64,000 nt of DNA, taken from positions 70,530 through 134,529 of the forward strand of contig CAOKXF010000004.1 of the NCBI GenBank assembly GCA_948473335.1, read 5' to 3'. Positions within the stretch are counted from its first letter, which is position 1, and every line of letters begins with the position of its first letter. Below are positions 30,207 to 39,228 of this stretch, piece after piece. The notes beneath the pieces are model-generated. The model ran no database searches and was not told where the DNA came from. It saw only the letters and a program-made list of their open reading frames with translations. Origin of the DNA: an uncultured Clostridium sp. GTDB lineage: Bacteria > Bacillota > Clostridia > TANB77 > CAG-508. Position numbers and translations under genes: made by a program.

Positions 30207-30560
30207 TTAAAATAAATTATTTTGTTCATTTAATAATATATCTTTCAATTTATTTTTTAACTCAGGTAAACTTTCTTTAATAGTTCCCCATAATACAGAT
30301 AAATCTACATTTTCGTAATCATGAACAATTTTATTTCTCATACCTCTAATACTACTCCAAGGAATAAAATTATATTTACTTACAGTTTCATCACTAATTT
30401 CTTTTACTAATTCTCCTATTTGAGAGACTGTGAACGCACAAGCAGTTATTGTCTTTTTATCATCTAAAAAGTCTTTTGCTTGTATTCCATAAATATATTG
30501 TTCTACATCATCAATATATACAATTATTTTTTGAATAATAATTCTATCTTTACTTTTCAT
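30207..30560 (-). CDS. hepT: HepT (DUF86) toxin of a HepT/MntA type VII toxin-antitoxin pair.
   Basis: Rx4HxY motif (RNKIVHDY) near the C-terminus. Immediately downstream of, and overlapping, the MntA gene. The start is probably an internal Met (ORF open to 30629). Confidence 0.7.
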   Translation of the reverse strand: MKSKDRIIIQKIIVYIDDVEQYIYGIQAKDFLDDKKTITACAFTVSQIGELVKEISDETVSKYNFIPWSSIRGMRNKIVHDYENVDLSVLWGTIKESLPELKNKLKDILLNEQNNLF

Positions 30561-30858
30561 ATACGACAACTCCTTCATTTTGTATATCATTATATAATTT
30601 ACTATTTTTTTGAATTTCTGATATTTCAATTAAATCAACATTTTTTTGTAGTTTCTGTACTAATTCTTCTAATAATCCATAAAAATAAATGTTTAATAAT
30701 TGACCTTCACTATCTATTACTAAATCAATATCGCTTTTCTTAGTAGGATTATTTTTGGCATATGAACCAAATAATATTGCCTTTTTAACTGCAAAATTTT
30801 TAAATATATCATATAATATAGATTTTAATTCTTCTACTGTATAAATTTGTTCAGACAT
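30550..30858 (-). CDS. mntA: MntA minimal nucleotidyltransferase antitoxin.
   Basis: GS...DxD nucleotidyltransferase motif (LFGSYAKNNPTKKSDIDLVID), 102 aa. Confidence 0.75.
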   Translation of the reverse strand: MSEQIYTVEELKSILYDIFKNFAVKKAILFGSYAKNNPTKKSDIDLVIDSEGQLLNIYFYGLLEELVQKLQKNVDLIEISEIQKNSKLYNDIQNEGVVVYEK

Positions 30859-30892
30859 AATATATCCTCCTTTAATAATTTGAGTATAGCAT

Positions 30893-30906
30893 AAAAAAAA
30901 AAAAAA
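30893..30906. repeat. Homopolymeric A14/T14 tract in the MntA promoter region.
   Basis: 14 consecutive A on the plus strand, 35 nt upstream of the mntA start. On the minus strand the tract sits just upstream of a TATACT -10 element. Confidence 0.9.
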
Positions 30907-31074
30907 TACTATATTCTAAAGAAATAAATTTAATAAAGTGATTAAGTAAATACAATAATAGACAAAAATATATTGTGTATTTGCCTTAAATGTAGTATGA
31001 TAAAAATAGATAAATACTAAATGCATTTAGTAAAGTATTTCTCATAAATAACAATTCAAAGAAAGGAGACTTAA

Positions 31075-31230
31075 ATGAGAAAGAAATATGCAATATTGGG
31101 TATCGTACTTTTTATTATCGGTGTCATCGTAGGAGTATTTATTGTGTATCCTGGCATTTTTGCGTATACTCACAACATGGTACAATATGTTTTCTTAAAT
31201 ATTGTATCACAGGGGACTAGTTTTGGATAG
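31075..31230 (+). CDS. Small membrane protein, 51 aa.
   Basis: RBS AAAGGAGAcTTAAatg. One hydrophobic helix (AILGIVLFIIGVIVGVFIVYPGIF). Confidence 0.4.
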   Translation: MRKKYAILGIVLFIIGVIVGVFIVYPGIFAYTHNMVQYVFLNIVSQGTSFG

Positions 31231-31331
31231 TCCTCTTAGCATAGTATAAAAGCTTTAATGGACAAAATAAAAGAATATATAATTTGATAAGATACAAATA
31301 CGTTAAATTTTGGAAAATATGTTAAAGTCTG

Positions 31332-31360
31332 TTGTATTTTAGTAGATTTTCTATTATAAT
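31332..31360 (+). promoter_or_regulatory. Candidate promoter TTGTAT-17-TATAAT driving the small hydrophobic ORF/sRNA.
   Basis: Read directly. Perfect -10 with 17-nt spacer. Confidence 0.35.
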
Positions 31361-31408
31361 GGAAAAATCCTATTCAAAGGAAATCTTTGAGGAAGGAGGT
31401 GCAACGTA

Positions 31409-31615
31409 GTGTCTTCATATGAATTAATCTGGCGATTAATCGTATTATTACTATTAATAATAGCAATGATGAAAGCCAAGATAAAAACAAAGAATAATCT
31501 TTGTGGCAGGGACTGCGACCCTGCTTTTTCTTTTATATTTAAAAATAAAAAAAGAGATATATCTGCGAAATATATCTCGTGCAATTCCGTGTCTTCAAAC
31601 GAATTTACTAGCTAA
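31409..31615 (+). CDS. Candidate type-I-toxin-like small hydrophobic peptide (GTG start).
   Basis: AGGAGGT, 8 nt, then GTG. The N-terminus (MSSYELIWRLIVLLLLIIAMMKAKIKTKNN) is a TM helix plus a Lys-rich segment. The 3' part is overlapped by a convergent minus-strand transcription unit. An internal terminator-like hairpin makes the coding assignment uncertain. Confidence 0.3.
   Translation: MSSYELIWRLIVLLLLIIAMMKAKIKTKNNLCGRDCDPAFSFIFKNKKRDISAKYISCNSVSSNEFTS
31506..31534 (+). terminator. Intrinsic terminator hairpin GCAGGG-actgcga-CCCTGC plus TTTTTCTTTT.
   Basis: 6-bp GC stem with a U-tract. Loop ACUGCGA. Confidence 0.5.
31537..31612 (-). ncRNA. Candidate ~75-nt antisense small RNA (type I antitoxin-like).
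   Basis: A minus-strand consensus promoter (31620-31648), then the hairpin GAGATATAT-uucgcag-ATATATCUC and a U-tract (complement of plus 31536-31553). Its loop UCGCAG is complementary to the loop CUGCGA of the plus-strand terminator. Confidence 0.35.
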
Positions 31616-31619
31616 TGTT

Positions 31620-31648
31620 ATTATAACATCAATTATATTATATGTCAA
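31620..31648 (-). promoter_or_regulatory. Perfect consensus sigmaA promoter on the minus strand: TTGACA-17-TATAAT.
   Basis: Reverse complement of 31620-31648 reads TTGACAtataatataattgatgtTATAAT. Confidence 0.5.
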
Positions 31649-31726
31649 ACGATTTTTTAAAATTCACGTTTAACTCAATTTTTAAAATTTGCTATCACAA
31701 AATATATAGAAAATAAATTTAATTTG

Positions 31727-31755
31727 TTGACAATCCGTAAGGAAAATAGTATAAT
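31727..31755 (+). promoter_or_regulatory. rpsL promoter TTGACA-17-TATAAT.
   Basis: Read directly: ttgacaatccgtaaggaaaatagtataat, ~125 nt upstream of rpsL. Confidence 0.55.
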
Positions 31756-31879
31756 AATACCGTTATGGCAAAACTTAGCAAAAATGTATAGCCGTAAGGG
31801 TATATTTTTTGCAAACAAAAACAAAAAAGGACAAATTTTGCCCAAAAGCCAAAAAGAAAAAATAGGAGGTGAATTTTAA

Positions 31880-32293
31880 GTGCCAACAATCAATCAATTA
31901 GTAAGAAAAGGAAGACAAACAGGAGTAACAAAATCAACTGCACCAGCATTACAACATGGATACAATTCAAGAAATAAAAGATTAACAAACAACAGAGCAC
32001 CACAAAAAAGAGGAGTATGTACAGTTGTAAAAACAGTTACACCAAAGAAACCAAACTCAGCATTAAGAAAAGTAGCCAGAGTAAGACTATCAAATGGATA
32101 TGAAGTAACATCATATATACCAGGAATAGGACATAACTTACAAGAGCACAGTGTTGTACTAATAAGAGGAGGAAGAGTAAAAGACCTTCCAGGTGTAAGA
32201 TATCACATCATAAGAGGAACATTAGATACAGCAGGGGTAAAAGATAGAATGCAAGCACGTTCTAAATACGGAGCAAAAAAACCTAAAAAATAA
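31880..32293 (+). CDS. rpsL: 30S ribosomal protein S12
   Basis: [12 protein letters not shown]...[10 protein letters not shown]...[16 protein letters not shown] start. Confidence 0.95.
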   Translation: MPTINQLVRKGRQTGVTKSTAPALQHGYNSRNKRLTNNRAPQKRGVCTVVKTVTPKKPNSALRKVARVRLSNGYEVTSYIPGIGHNLQEHSVVLIRGGRVKDLPGVRYHIIRGTLDTAGVKDRMQARSKYGAKKPKK

Positions 32294-32475
32294 AAAGTAG
32301 AAACAGTGCACTTTAATTCTTACTAAACTTAAGGTACTTAAATTTAGATATAGATTATAGGAGCACTTACGGGAGGAAGCACCCGAGTAACTTTGAATAC
32401 TTATGGTATTCTAAAAATGCAACTAAAAATGCATTATGCTATCAAAAATAGCAAAATTGAAAGGAGTGAAGAAAA

Positions 32476-32946
32476 GTGCCAAGAAGAGGATTTATAGCAA
32501 AAAGAGATGTATTACCAGATCCAATATATAATAGCAAAGTAGTAACAAAGCTAATAAACAATATAATGTTAGATGGTAAAAAAACAGTTGCTCAAAGTAT
32601 AGTATATGATGCTTTTGACATAATAAAAGAAAAAGAAGGAAAAAATCCATTAGAAGTTTTTGAAACAGCATTAGAAAATATTATGCCAGTTCTTGAAGTA
32701 AAAGCAAGAAGAGTAGGTGGAGCAACATACCAAGTGCCATTAGAAATAAGACCAGAAAGAAGACAAACATTAGGATTGAGATGGTTAGTAACATATGCTA
32801 GAAACAGACATGAAAAAACAATGGCTGAAAAATTAGCAGGAGAAATACTAGATGCAGTAGCTGGAAATGGTGGAGCATTTAAGAAGAAAGAAGATACACA
32901 TAGAATGGCAGAAGCTAATAAAGCATTTGCACATTATAAATGGTAA
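32476..32946 (+). CDS. rpsG: 30S ribosomal protein S7
   Basis: MPRRG...[10 protein letters not shown]..., ending HYKW. GTG start. Confidence 0.95.
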   Translation: MPRRGFIAKRDVLPDPIYNSKVVTKLINNIMLDGKKTVAQSIVYDAFDIIKEKEGKNPLEVFETALENIMPVLEVKARRVGGATYQVPLEIRPERRQTLGLRWLVTYARNRHEKTMAEKLAGEILDAVAGNGGAFKKKEDTHRMAEANKAFAHYKW

Positions 32947-33101
32947 TATTAAAATGATGTAAAATGTTACCATATTGACTAACTGTAACTTACAAGTTCG
33001 CACAGTTAGTAAAACTACAAATGGTAATATTAAAATAATATAAAATGTTATCGTATTAACTAACTGTAGCTCATTCTTCGCACAGTTAGTAAAATTACAA
33101 A
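32941..33101 (+). repeat. Tandem direct duplication (2 x ~80 bp, ~85% identical) starting at the rpsG stop codon. Each unit carries a 9-bp-stem hairpin.
   Basis: Unit 1 is 32941-33021 and unit 2 is 33022-33101; both begin TGGTAATATTAAAAT. Hairpins ACTAACTGT-loop-ACAGTTAGT sit at 32978-33010 and 33059-33090 with identical stems and different loops. A degenerate third partial copy (aaaaggtaaaattgaaag) follows. Confidence 0.8.
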
Positions 33102-33147
33102 AGGTAAAATTGAAAGTAAGTATCCTTGAAAGGGGGAAAATTTAAAA

Positions 33148-35232
33148 ATGGCAGAAAGACAATGTCCATTAGAAAGAACAAGAAATATAGGAATAATGGC
33201 CCATATAGATGCAGGAAAAACTACAACGACAGAAAGAATACTATTTTATACAGGAAAAAGTCATAAAATAGGAGAAGTACATGAAGGAGCTGCAACAATG
33301 GACTGGATGGAACAAGAACAAGAAAGAGGAATAACAATAACATCAGCAGCAACAACATGTTTTTGGAAAGATAATAGAATAAATATAATAGACACACCAG
33401 GACACGTAGATTTCACAGTAGAAGTACAAAGATCACTAAGAGTATTAGATGGATCAGTAACAGTATTAGCAGCAAAAGGTGGAGTACAACCACAAACAGA
33501 AACTGTTTGGAGACAAGCAGATAAATACCATGTACCAAGAATGGTATATGTAAATAAAATGGATATAGTAGGAGCAAACTTCTTACTATGCATAGAACAA
33601 TTAAAAAACAGATTACGTGCAAATCCGGTACCAATCCAATTACCAATAGGAGCAGAAGATAACTTCCAAGGTATAGTAGATTTAATAAAAATGAAAGCAT
33701 ATATACACAAAGACGATTTAGGAAAAGAAATAGAAGAACAAGAAATACCAGCAGATATGTTAGAAGATGCAAAAACATATAGAATAGCAATGATAGAAGC
33801 TGCTGCAGAGCAAGATGAAGAATTAATGATGAAATATTTAGAAGGTGAAGAATTAACAGAAGCAGAAATAAAAGCAGGATTAAGAAAAGGAACAATAGCA
33901 AATACAGTAGTTCCAGTATGCTGTGGTTCTTCATACAAAAATAAAGGTGTACAAGAATTATTAAATGCAATAATAGACTATATGCCATCACCATTAGATA
34001 TACCACATGTAAAAGGAACAACAGTAGAAGGAGAAGAAACAGAAAGCAAAACAGGAGATAATGAACCATTTGCAGCATTAGCATTCAAAATAGCAACAGA
34101 CCCATTTGTTGGAAAGCTATGTTTCTTCAGAGTATATTCAGGAACAATAGAAACAGGTTCAACAGTATTAAATGCAACAAAAGGAAAGAAAGAAAGAATA
34201 GGAAGAATTGTACAAATGCATGCTAATCATAGAGAAGATATAGAAAAAGTATATTCTGGAGATATAGCAGCAGCAGTAGGATTAAAAGAAGTAACAACAG
34301 GAGATACATTATGTGATGTAAATAATCCTGTGATACTTGAAAAAATGGAATTCCCTGAGCCAGTTATTGATATTGCTATAGAACCAAAGGATAAAGCAGC
34401 ACAAGAAAAAATGGGTATAGCATTATCAAAATTAGCAGAAGAAGACCCAACATTTAAAGCATACACAAATCATGAGACAGGTCAAACTATAATAGCAGGA
34501 ATGGGAGAATTACACCTAGACATAATTGTAGATAGATTAAAAAGAGAATTCAAAGTAGAGTGTAATGTAGGAAAACCACAAGTAGCATATAAAGAAACAA
34601 TAAGAAATAAAGTAAGAGTACAAGGAAAATTCATACGTCAATCAGGAGGTAAAGGACAATACGGAGATGTATGGTTTGAAATGGAACCATTAGAGGCAGG
34701 AAAAGGAATCGAATTCGAAAGTAAAATAGTTGGTGGAGCTGTTCCAAAAGAATATATTAAACCAATTGAACAAGGAATGAGAGAAGCTGCTGAAAGTGGT
34801 ATTTTAGCTGGATATCCAGTAATAGATTTCAAAGTATCATTAGTGGATGGATCATATCACGAAGTAGACTCATCAGAAATGGCATTCAAAATAGCTGCAT
34901 CAATGGCATTCAAAGAAGGATGTAAACAAGGAAAAGCAGTTATACTAGAACCAATAATGAAAGTTGAAATAGTAGTACCTGAAGAATACATGGGAGATGT
35001 TATAGGAGATGTAAACTCAAGACGTGGAAGAATGGAAGGAATGGATGCAAACGATGGAATGCAAGAAATACATGCATTTATACCATTATCAGAGATGTTT
35101 GGATATGCAACAGACTTACGTTCAAAAACACAAGGAAGAGGAACATATTCTATGGAACCATCACACTATGAAGAAGTTCCAAAATCAGTACTTGAAACAA
35201 TAATAGCAACAAGAGCTAAGAAAGAAGAATAA
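33148..35232 (+). CDS. fusA: Elongation factor G
   Basis: GTPase motifs ([18 protein letters not shown]) and the full EF-G domain order, 694 aa. Confidence 0.97.
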   Translation: MAERQCPLERTRNIGIMAHIDAGKTTTTERILFYTGKSHKIGEVHEGAATMDWMEQEQERGITITSAATTCFWKDNRINIIDTPGHVDFTVEVQRSLRVLDGSVTVLAAKGGVQPQTETVWRQADKYHVPRMVYVNKMDIVGANFLLCIEQLKNRLRANPVPIQLPIGAEDNFQGIVDLIKMKAYIHKDDLGKEIEEQEIPADMLEDAKTYRIAMIEAAAEQDEELMMKYLEGEELTEAEIKAGLRKGTIANTVVPVCCGSSYKNKGVQELLNAIIDYMPSPLDIPHVKGTTVEGEETESKTGDNEPFAALAFKIATDPFVGKLCFFRVYSGTIETGSTVLNATKGKKERIGRIVQMHANHREDIEKVYSGDIAAAVGLKEVTTGDTLCDVNNPVILEKMEFPEPVIDIAIEPKDKAAQEKMGIALSKLAEEDPTFKAYTNHETGQTIIAGMGELHLDIIVDRLKREFKVECNVGKPQVAYKETIRNKVRVQGKFIRQSGGKGQYGDVWFEMEPLEAGKGIEFESKIVGGAVPKEYIKPIEQGMREAAESGILAGYPVIDFKVSLVDGSYHEVDSSEMAFKIAASMAFKEGCKQGKAVILEPIMKVEIVVPEEYMGDVIGDVNSRRGRMEGMDANDGMQEIHAFIPLSEMFGYATDLRSKTQGRGTYSMEPSHYEEVPKSVLETIIATRAKKEE

Positions 35233-35417
35233 TCTAAGTCTGTTAAGACTAGATGATAAATAACTAAAAAAGAGTTCAAAATAATAGAATGAAACAAAGT
35301 TTATAAAAACACTTGCATTTTAGCTAAAAATAGTATAAAATGCAAATGTAAAATTTATAACCAAGTTATTAAATTTAAAAATAAAATAAAAAATAAATAT
35401 TAAGGAGGAATTTTCAA

Positions 35418-36620
35418 ATGGCAAAAGCAAAATTTGAAAGAACAAAACCACACGTTAACATTGGAACAATCGGACATGTTGACCATGGTAAAACAACAAC
35501 AACAGCAGCAATAACAAAATATTTAGGATTATTAGGAAAAGCACAATTCACAGCTTATGATCAAATTGACGGAGCACCAGAAGAAAAAGCAAGAGGAATC
35601 ACAATTAACACAGCTCACGTAGAATATGAAACAGAAAACAGACACTACGCACACGTAGACTGTCCAGGTCACGCAGACTATGTAAAAAACATGATTACAG
35701 GTGCTGCACAAATGGATGGTGCTATATTAGTAGTATCAGCAGCTGATGGACCAATGCCACAAACAAGAGAACATATCCTATTAGCAAGACAAGTAGGAGT
35801 TAAATTTATAGTAGTATATTTAAACAAATGTGATATGGTAGACGATCCAGAATTATTAGAATTAGTTGAAATGGAAGTTAGAGACTTATTATCAAGCTAT
35901 GATTTCCCAGGAGATGACATTCCAATCATAAAAGGATCATCATTAAAAGTATTAGAATGTTCATCAACAGATCCAAATGCACCAGAATATGCTCCAATGA
36001 AAGAATTAATGGCAGCTGTAGACAGCTATATCCCAACACCAGAAAGACCAGTTGACCAACCATTCTTAATGCCAGTAGAAGATGTATTCACAATTACAGG
36101 ACGTGGAACAGTTGCTACAGGTAGAGTAGAAAGAGGAATAGTAAAAGTAAGTGATGAAGTTGAAATAATAGGTTTATCAACAGAAAGACCAAAAACAGTT
36201 ATCACAGGTGTAGAAATGTTCAGAAAATTACTAGACCAAGCTGAAGCTGGAGACAACATAGGTGTACTTTTAAGAGGTGTACAAAGAGATGAAATCGAAA
36301 GAGGTCAAGTACTTTGCAAACCAGGAACAATAAATCCACATACAAAATTCACATCAGAAGTATATGTATTAACTAAAGAAGAAGGTGGAAGACATACACC
36401 ATTCTTCAATGGATACAGACCACAATTCTATTTCAGAACAACAGACGTAACAGGTATAATTGAATTACCTGCTGGAACAGAAATGGTTATGCCAGGAGAT
36501 AATATTTCTATGACAATTGAATTAATAACACCAATAGCTATAGAAAAAGGATTAAGATTTGCTATACGTGAAGGTGGAAGAACAGTAGGTTCAGGAGTTG
36601 TAGCTGATATAATAGCATAA
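35418..36620 (+). CDS. tuf: Elongation factor Tu
   Basis: [27 protein letters not shown]...[12 protein letters not shown]...NKCD, 400 aa. Confidence 0.97.
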   Translation: MAKAKFERTKPHVNIGTIGHVDHGKTTTTAAITKYLGLLGKAQFTAYDQIDGAPEEKARGITINTAHVEYETENRHYAHVDCPGHADYVKNMITGAAQMDGAILVVSAADGPMPQTREHILLARQVGVKFIVVYLNKCDMVDDPELLELVEMEVRDLLSSYDFPGDDIPIIKGSSLKVLECSSTDPNAPEYAPMKELMAAVDSYIPTPERPVDQPFLMPVEDVFTITGRGTVATGRVERGIVKVSDEVEIIGLSTERPKTVITGVEMFRKLLDQAEAGDNIGVLLRGVQRDEIERGQVLCKPGTINPHTKFTSEVYVLTKEEGGRHTPFFNGYRPQFYFRTTDVTGIIELPAGTEMVMPGDNISMTIELITPIAIEKGLRFAIREGGRTVGSGVVADIIA

Positions 36621-36647
36621 TTGAATAGAATTATAATAATATCAAAG

Positions 36648-36692
36648 TAAGAAAAAGGATACGAATAGAATCCCTTTTCTTATTTTTTACCA
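36648..36692 (+). terminator. tuf terminator (imperfect stem plus T-tract).
   Basis: agaaaaaggat-acgaataga-atcccttttct followed by tatttttt. Confidence 0.45.
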
Positions 36693-36740
36693 AATAACTT
36701 TTTATTATTTCTTTTTAACACATAAAGGTTACATAAGTTA

Positions 36741-36769
36741 TTGAAAATGTAGCAAATGTATGTTATAAT
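36741..36769 (+). promoter_or_regulatory. Strong sigmaA promoter TTGAAA-17-TGnTATAAT for the small-ORF pair.
   Basis: Read directly: ttgaaaatgtagcaaatgtatgttataat. Confidence 0.5.
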
Positions 36770-36840
36770 AAAAGCGCTTTATAGCAGTAACTATAAATGA
36801 GTGAATTCACTCTAGAAAAAGAATAAAGAAGGAGAACAAA

Positions 36841-37020
36841 ATGGGAATGGATTTCAGGCAATTCAAGAGCTACGTACAGACAAAAGGAATAACAAGTATG
36901 GCAGAGCTCGAAAGGAGGACAGGTATTTCTAGTGACAAAATCAAAAAAGAGTTTGAAAATTATCCTAATGAGTATGAGCAAATGCAGAATACGATGAAGA
37001 GAAATTGCCAGAAGGCGTAA
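36841..37020 (+). CDS. Small hypothetical protein, 59 aa. Paralogue of the next ORF.
   Basis: RBS AGAAGGAGAAcaaaatg. Shares ...I(T/S)xMxELxxRxG(I/M)S...I..EFE... with ORF 37094. GC above background. Confidence 0.45.
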   Translation: MGMDFRQFKSYVQTKGITSMAELERRTGISSDKIKKEFENYPNEYEQMQNTMKRNCQKA

Positions 37021-37093
37021 TGGTAAAAATCTTTCTTTAGTAAAAAGCAACTATAAACGAGTAAAATTACTCAGTACTAGAAAAGGAGAGCTT

Positions 37094-37279
37094 ATGGATT
37101 ATAAAGAACTATTAAGGGTTGTCAAAGAAGAAAACATCTCTGGTATGTTAGAACTTATCAATAGGTCAGGAATGTCATATTTGGATATTATAGACGAATT
37201 TGAAAAAAATAATGTCTTGTCTGAATATTGTGGTTTGCATGACGAGTTTATTAAGAACTATGAATCCAATCAAAAGTAA
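37094..37279 (+). CDS. Small hypothetical protein, 61 aa. Paralogue of the previous ORF.
   Basis: RBS AAAAGGAGAGcttatg. Followed by a strong terminator. Confidence 0.5.
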   Translation: MDYKELLRVVKEENISGMLELINRSGMSYLDIIDEFEKNNVLSEYCGLHDEFIKNYESNQK

Positions 37280-37291
37280 GCTTTGGGCGAT

Positions 37292-37340
37292 GTAAGGGAT
37301 GAGGAGTTGGAAACAACTCTTCATCCCTTACGGTTTTTTA
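37292..37340 (+). terminator. Strong intrinsic terminator: 18-bp stem (one mismatch) plus GGTTTTTT.
   Basis: GTAAGGGATGAGGAGTTG-gaaa-CAACTCTTCATCCCTTAC then ggtttttta. Confidence 0.75.
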
Positions 37341-37402
37341 TACTCTAGGAAAGTCATCATAGTATGATGGCTTTCGGTAGAGGATAATTATGGCGGAATT
37401 TA

Positions 37403-37451
37403 GATTTCGTAGCAGTTTGCACTGCTTACGAAATCTTGATTACGGTTTTTT
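37403..37451 (+). terminator. Second terminator-like hairpin with the same tacggtttttt tail.
   Basis: GATTTCGTAGCAG-tttgca-CTGCTTACGAAATC, with the U-tract 10 nt downstream. Confidence 0.4.
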
Positions 37452-37649
37452 ATTGTATAGGAGAAATCGAAGATTTTTACGTATACAACAAGGTTAGGTT
37501 TCATTAATCTGTGTAGCAAATGCACACCTTTCTTAATAATGTATGGTATCTAAAATAATATTATTATTGTATAAAAGTATTGCTTTTTTCAAAAAAGAAT
37601 AATAAAATAAATCTATTAAAAATACAATATAAAACAGGAGGAAGTAAAA

Positions 37650-38675
37650 TTGAGAATATTATTAGATGCAATGGGAGGAGATAATGCCCCAGATGCAAAT
37701 ATAAAAGGAGCAGTAGCAGCAATAAATCAAATAAAAGCAGAAATAATACTAATAGGAAAAGAAGAGATAATAAGAAAAAAAATAAAAGAATTCTATAAAA
37801 AAGAGATGGAAGAGATATCAGAAAGATTAAAAATAAAAAATGCAACAGAAACTATAGAGATGGAAGATGGTCCAACGGATGCAATAAAACACAAAAAAGA
37901 TTCTTCAATGGTAGTAGGATTTAAAATGCTAAAGAACGGAGAAGGAGATGTATTTATATCAGCAGGAAATTCGGGAGCACTATTAGCAGGAGCAACATTA
38001 TTAGTAGGAAGAATAAAAGGAATAGATAGACCAGCATTAGCAGGAATACTACCAGCATATAAAAGTCAGTTATTATTAATAGACTCAGGATCAAATACAA
38101 ATTGTAAACCGATAAATTTACTACAATTTGCTCAAATGTCAACAATATATTTAAGAAACACGTTTGGGATAGAAAAACCAGCAATAGGATTATTAAATAT
38201 AGGAACAGAAGAAACGAAAGGTAATGAATTGACAAAAGAATCATATAAATTATTAAAAGAAAAATCACCAGAATTAGGAATAAACTTTGTAGGAAATGTA
38301 GAAGGAAGAGATGCGTTTTCAGGAAAAATTGATGCAATAGTAACAGATGGATTTACAGGAAATGTATTTTTAAAAACAGCAGAAGGATTAGGAAAATTTG
38401 TAAAAAGAACATTAACAGAAAGTTTTGCAAAAAACGTATTAACAAAAATATGTGCATTACCATCATTGCCAGCAATAAAAAATTTAAAAAGAGCAATGGA
38501 TTATAAATCATATGGTGGAGCATTGTTTTTAGGGGTAAATAAGCCAGTAGTAAAGGCACATGGAAGTAGTGATGAGACATTATTTGAATATACTGTAAAA
38601 CAAGCAGAAAAATTTGTAGAGAATAAAGCAGTAGATAAAATGATTGAAGAATTTGAAAAAGACAGGGAAAGATAA
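37650..38675 (+). CDS. plsX: Phosphate acyltransferase PlsX
   Basis: MRILLDAMGGDNAP...GFTGNVFLKT. TTG start after AGGAGG. Confidence 0.9.
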   Translation: MRILLDAMGGDNAPDANIKGAVAAINQIKAEIILIGKEEIIRKKIKEFYKKEMEEISERLKIKNATETIEMEDGPTDAIKHKKDSSMVVGFKMLKNGEGDVFISAGNSGALLAGATLLVGRIKGIDRPALAGILPAYKSQLLLIDSGSNTNCKPINLLQFAQMSTIYLRNTFGIEKPAIGLLNIGTEETKGNELTKESYKLLKEKSPELGINFVGNVEGRDAFSGKIDAIVTDGFTGNVFLKTAEGLGKFVKRTLTESFAKNVLTKICALPSLPAIKNLKRAMDYKSYGGALFLGVNKPVVKAHGSSDETLFEYTVKQAEKFVENKAVDKMIEEFEKDRER

Positions 38676-38843
38676 AGAAGACAACCAATAAAAAATAAGA
38701 TTTTGAATACTCAGTATAAAAAAATAAATATTTTAAAAGATTACTTGACAAATATAAAAACATATAATATAAATGTTAAAGATAAAAAGAAAAATTGTTA
38801 AAAATATAAATTAACAGATACGAGAGGGGGTGAACTTATAACA

Positions 38844-39083
38844 ATGAGTTCAGAAGAAGTATTTGAAAAGGTAAAAGCTATAATAGTAGAACAACTAGGA
38901 GTAACAGAAGCAACAGTAACTATGGAAGCATCATTTATAGATGATTTAGGAGCAGATTCATTAGATATAGTAGAATTAATAATGGCATTAGAGGAAGAAT
39001 TTGATATAGAAATTCCAGATGCTGATGCAGAAAAAGTTGTAACTGTAGGAGATGTAGTTGATTACATAAAAGAAAACGTATAA
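38844..39083 (+). CDS. acpP: Acyl carrier protein
   Basis: Phosphopantetheine-attachment motif [20 protein letters not shown]. Confidence 0.9.
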   Translation: MSSEEVFEKVKAIIVEQLGVTEATVTMEASFIDDLGADSLDIVELIMALEEEFDIEIPDADAEKVVTVGDVVDYIKENV

Positions 39084-39098
39084 AGATATATGTTATAT

Positions 39099-39140
39099 GG
39101 GCGTGAAATGTGATACAAATATCATAATTCACGTCCTTTT
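39099..39140 (+). terminator. acpP intrinsic terminator
   Basis: GGGCGTGAA-loop-TTCACGTCC followed by TTTTaatattctttttt. Confidence 0.55.
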
Positions 39141-39228
39141 AATATTCTTTTTTATAAAAATAGTGATTTTTTTTTATATATATGATAGAATAAACAAAAA
39201 CAAAAATAAAAATAAGGGGGAAACAAAA

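Noticed and set aside
36763-37050. 95-aa minus-strand ORF opposite the small-ORF pair.
   Set aside because: It is antisense to an ORF with a promoter, RBS and paralogue support, and it has a Leu-rich low-complexity composition.
39097-39228. N-terminal 44-aa extension of pyrH in the tool ORF.
   Set aside because: The extension is hydrophobic junk overlapping the acpP terminator hairpin. The conserved UMP kinase N-terminus starts at GTG 39229, which has a GGGGG RBS.
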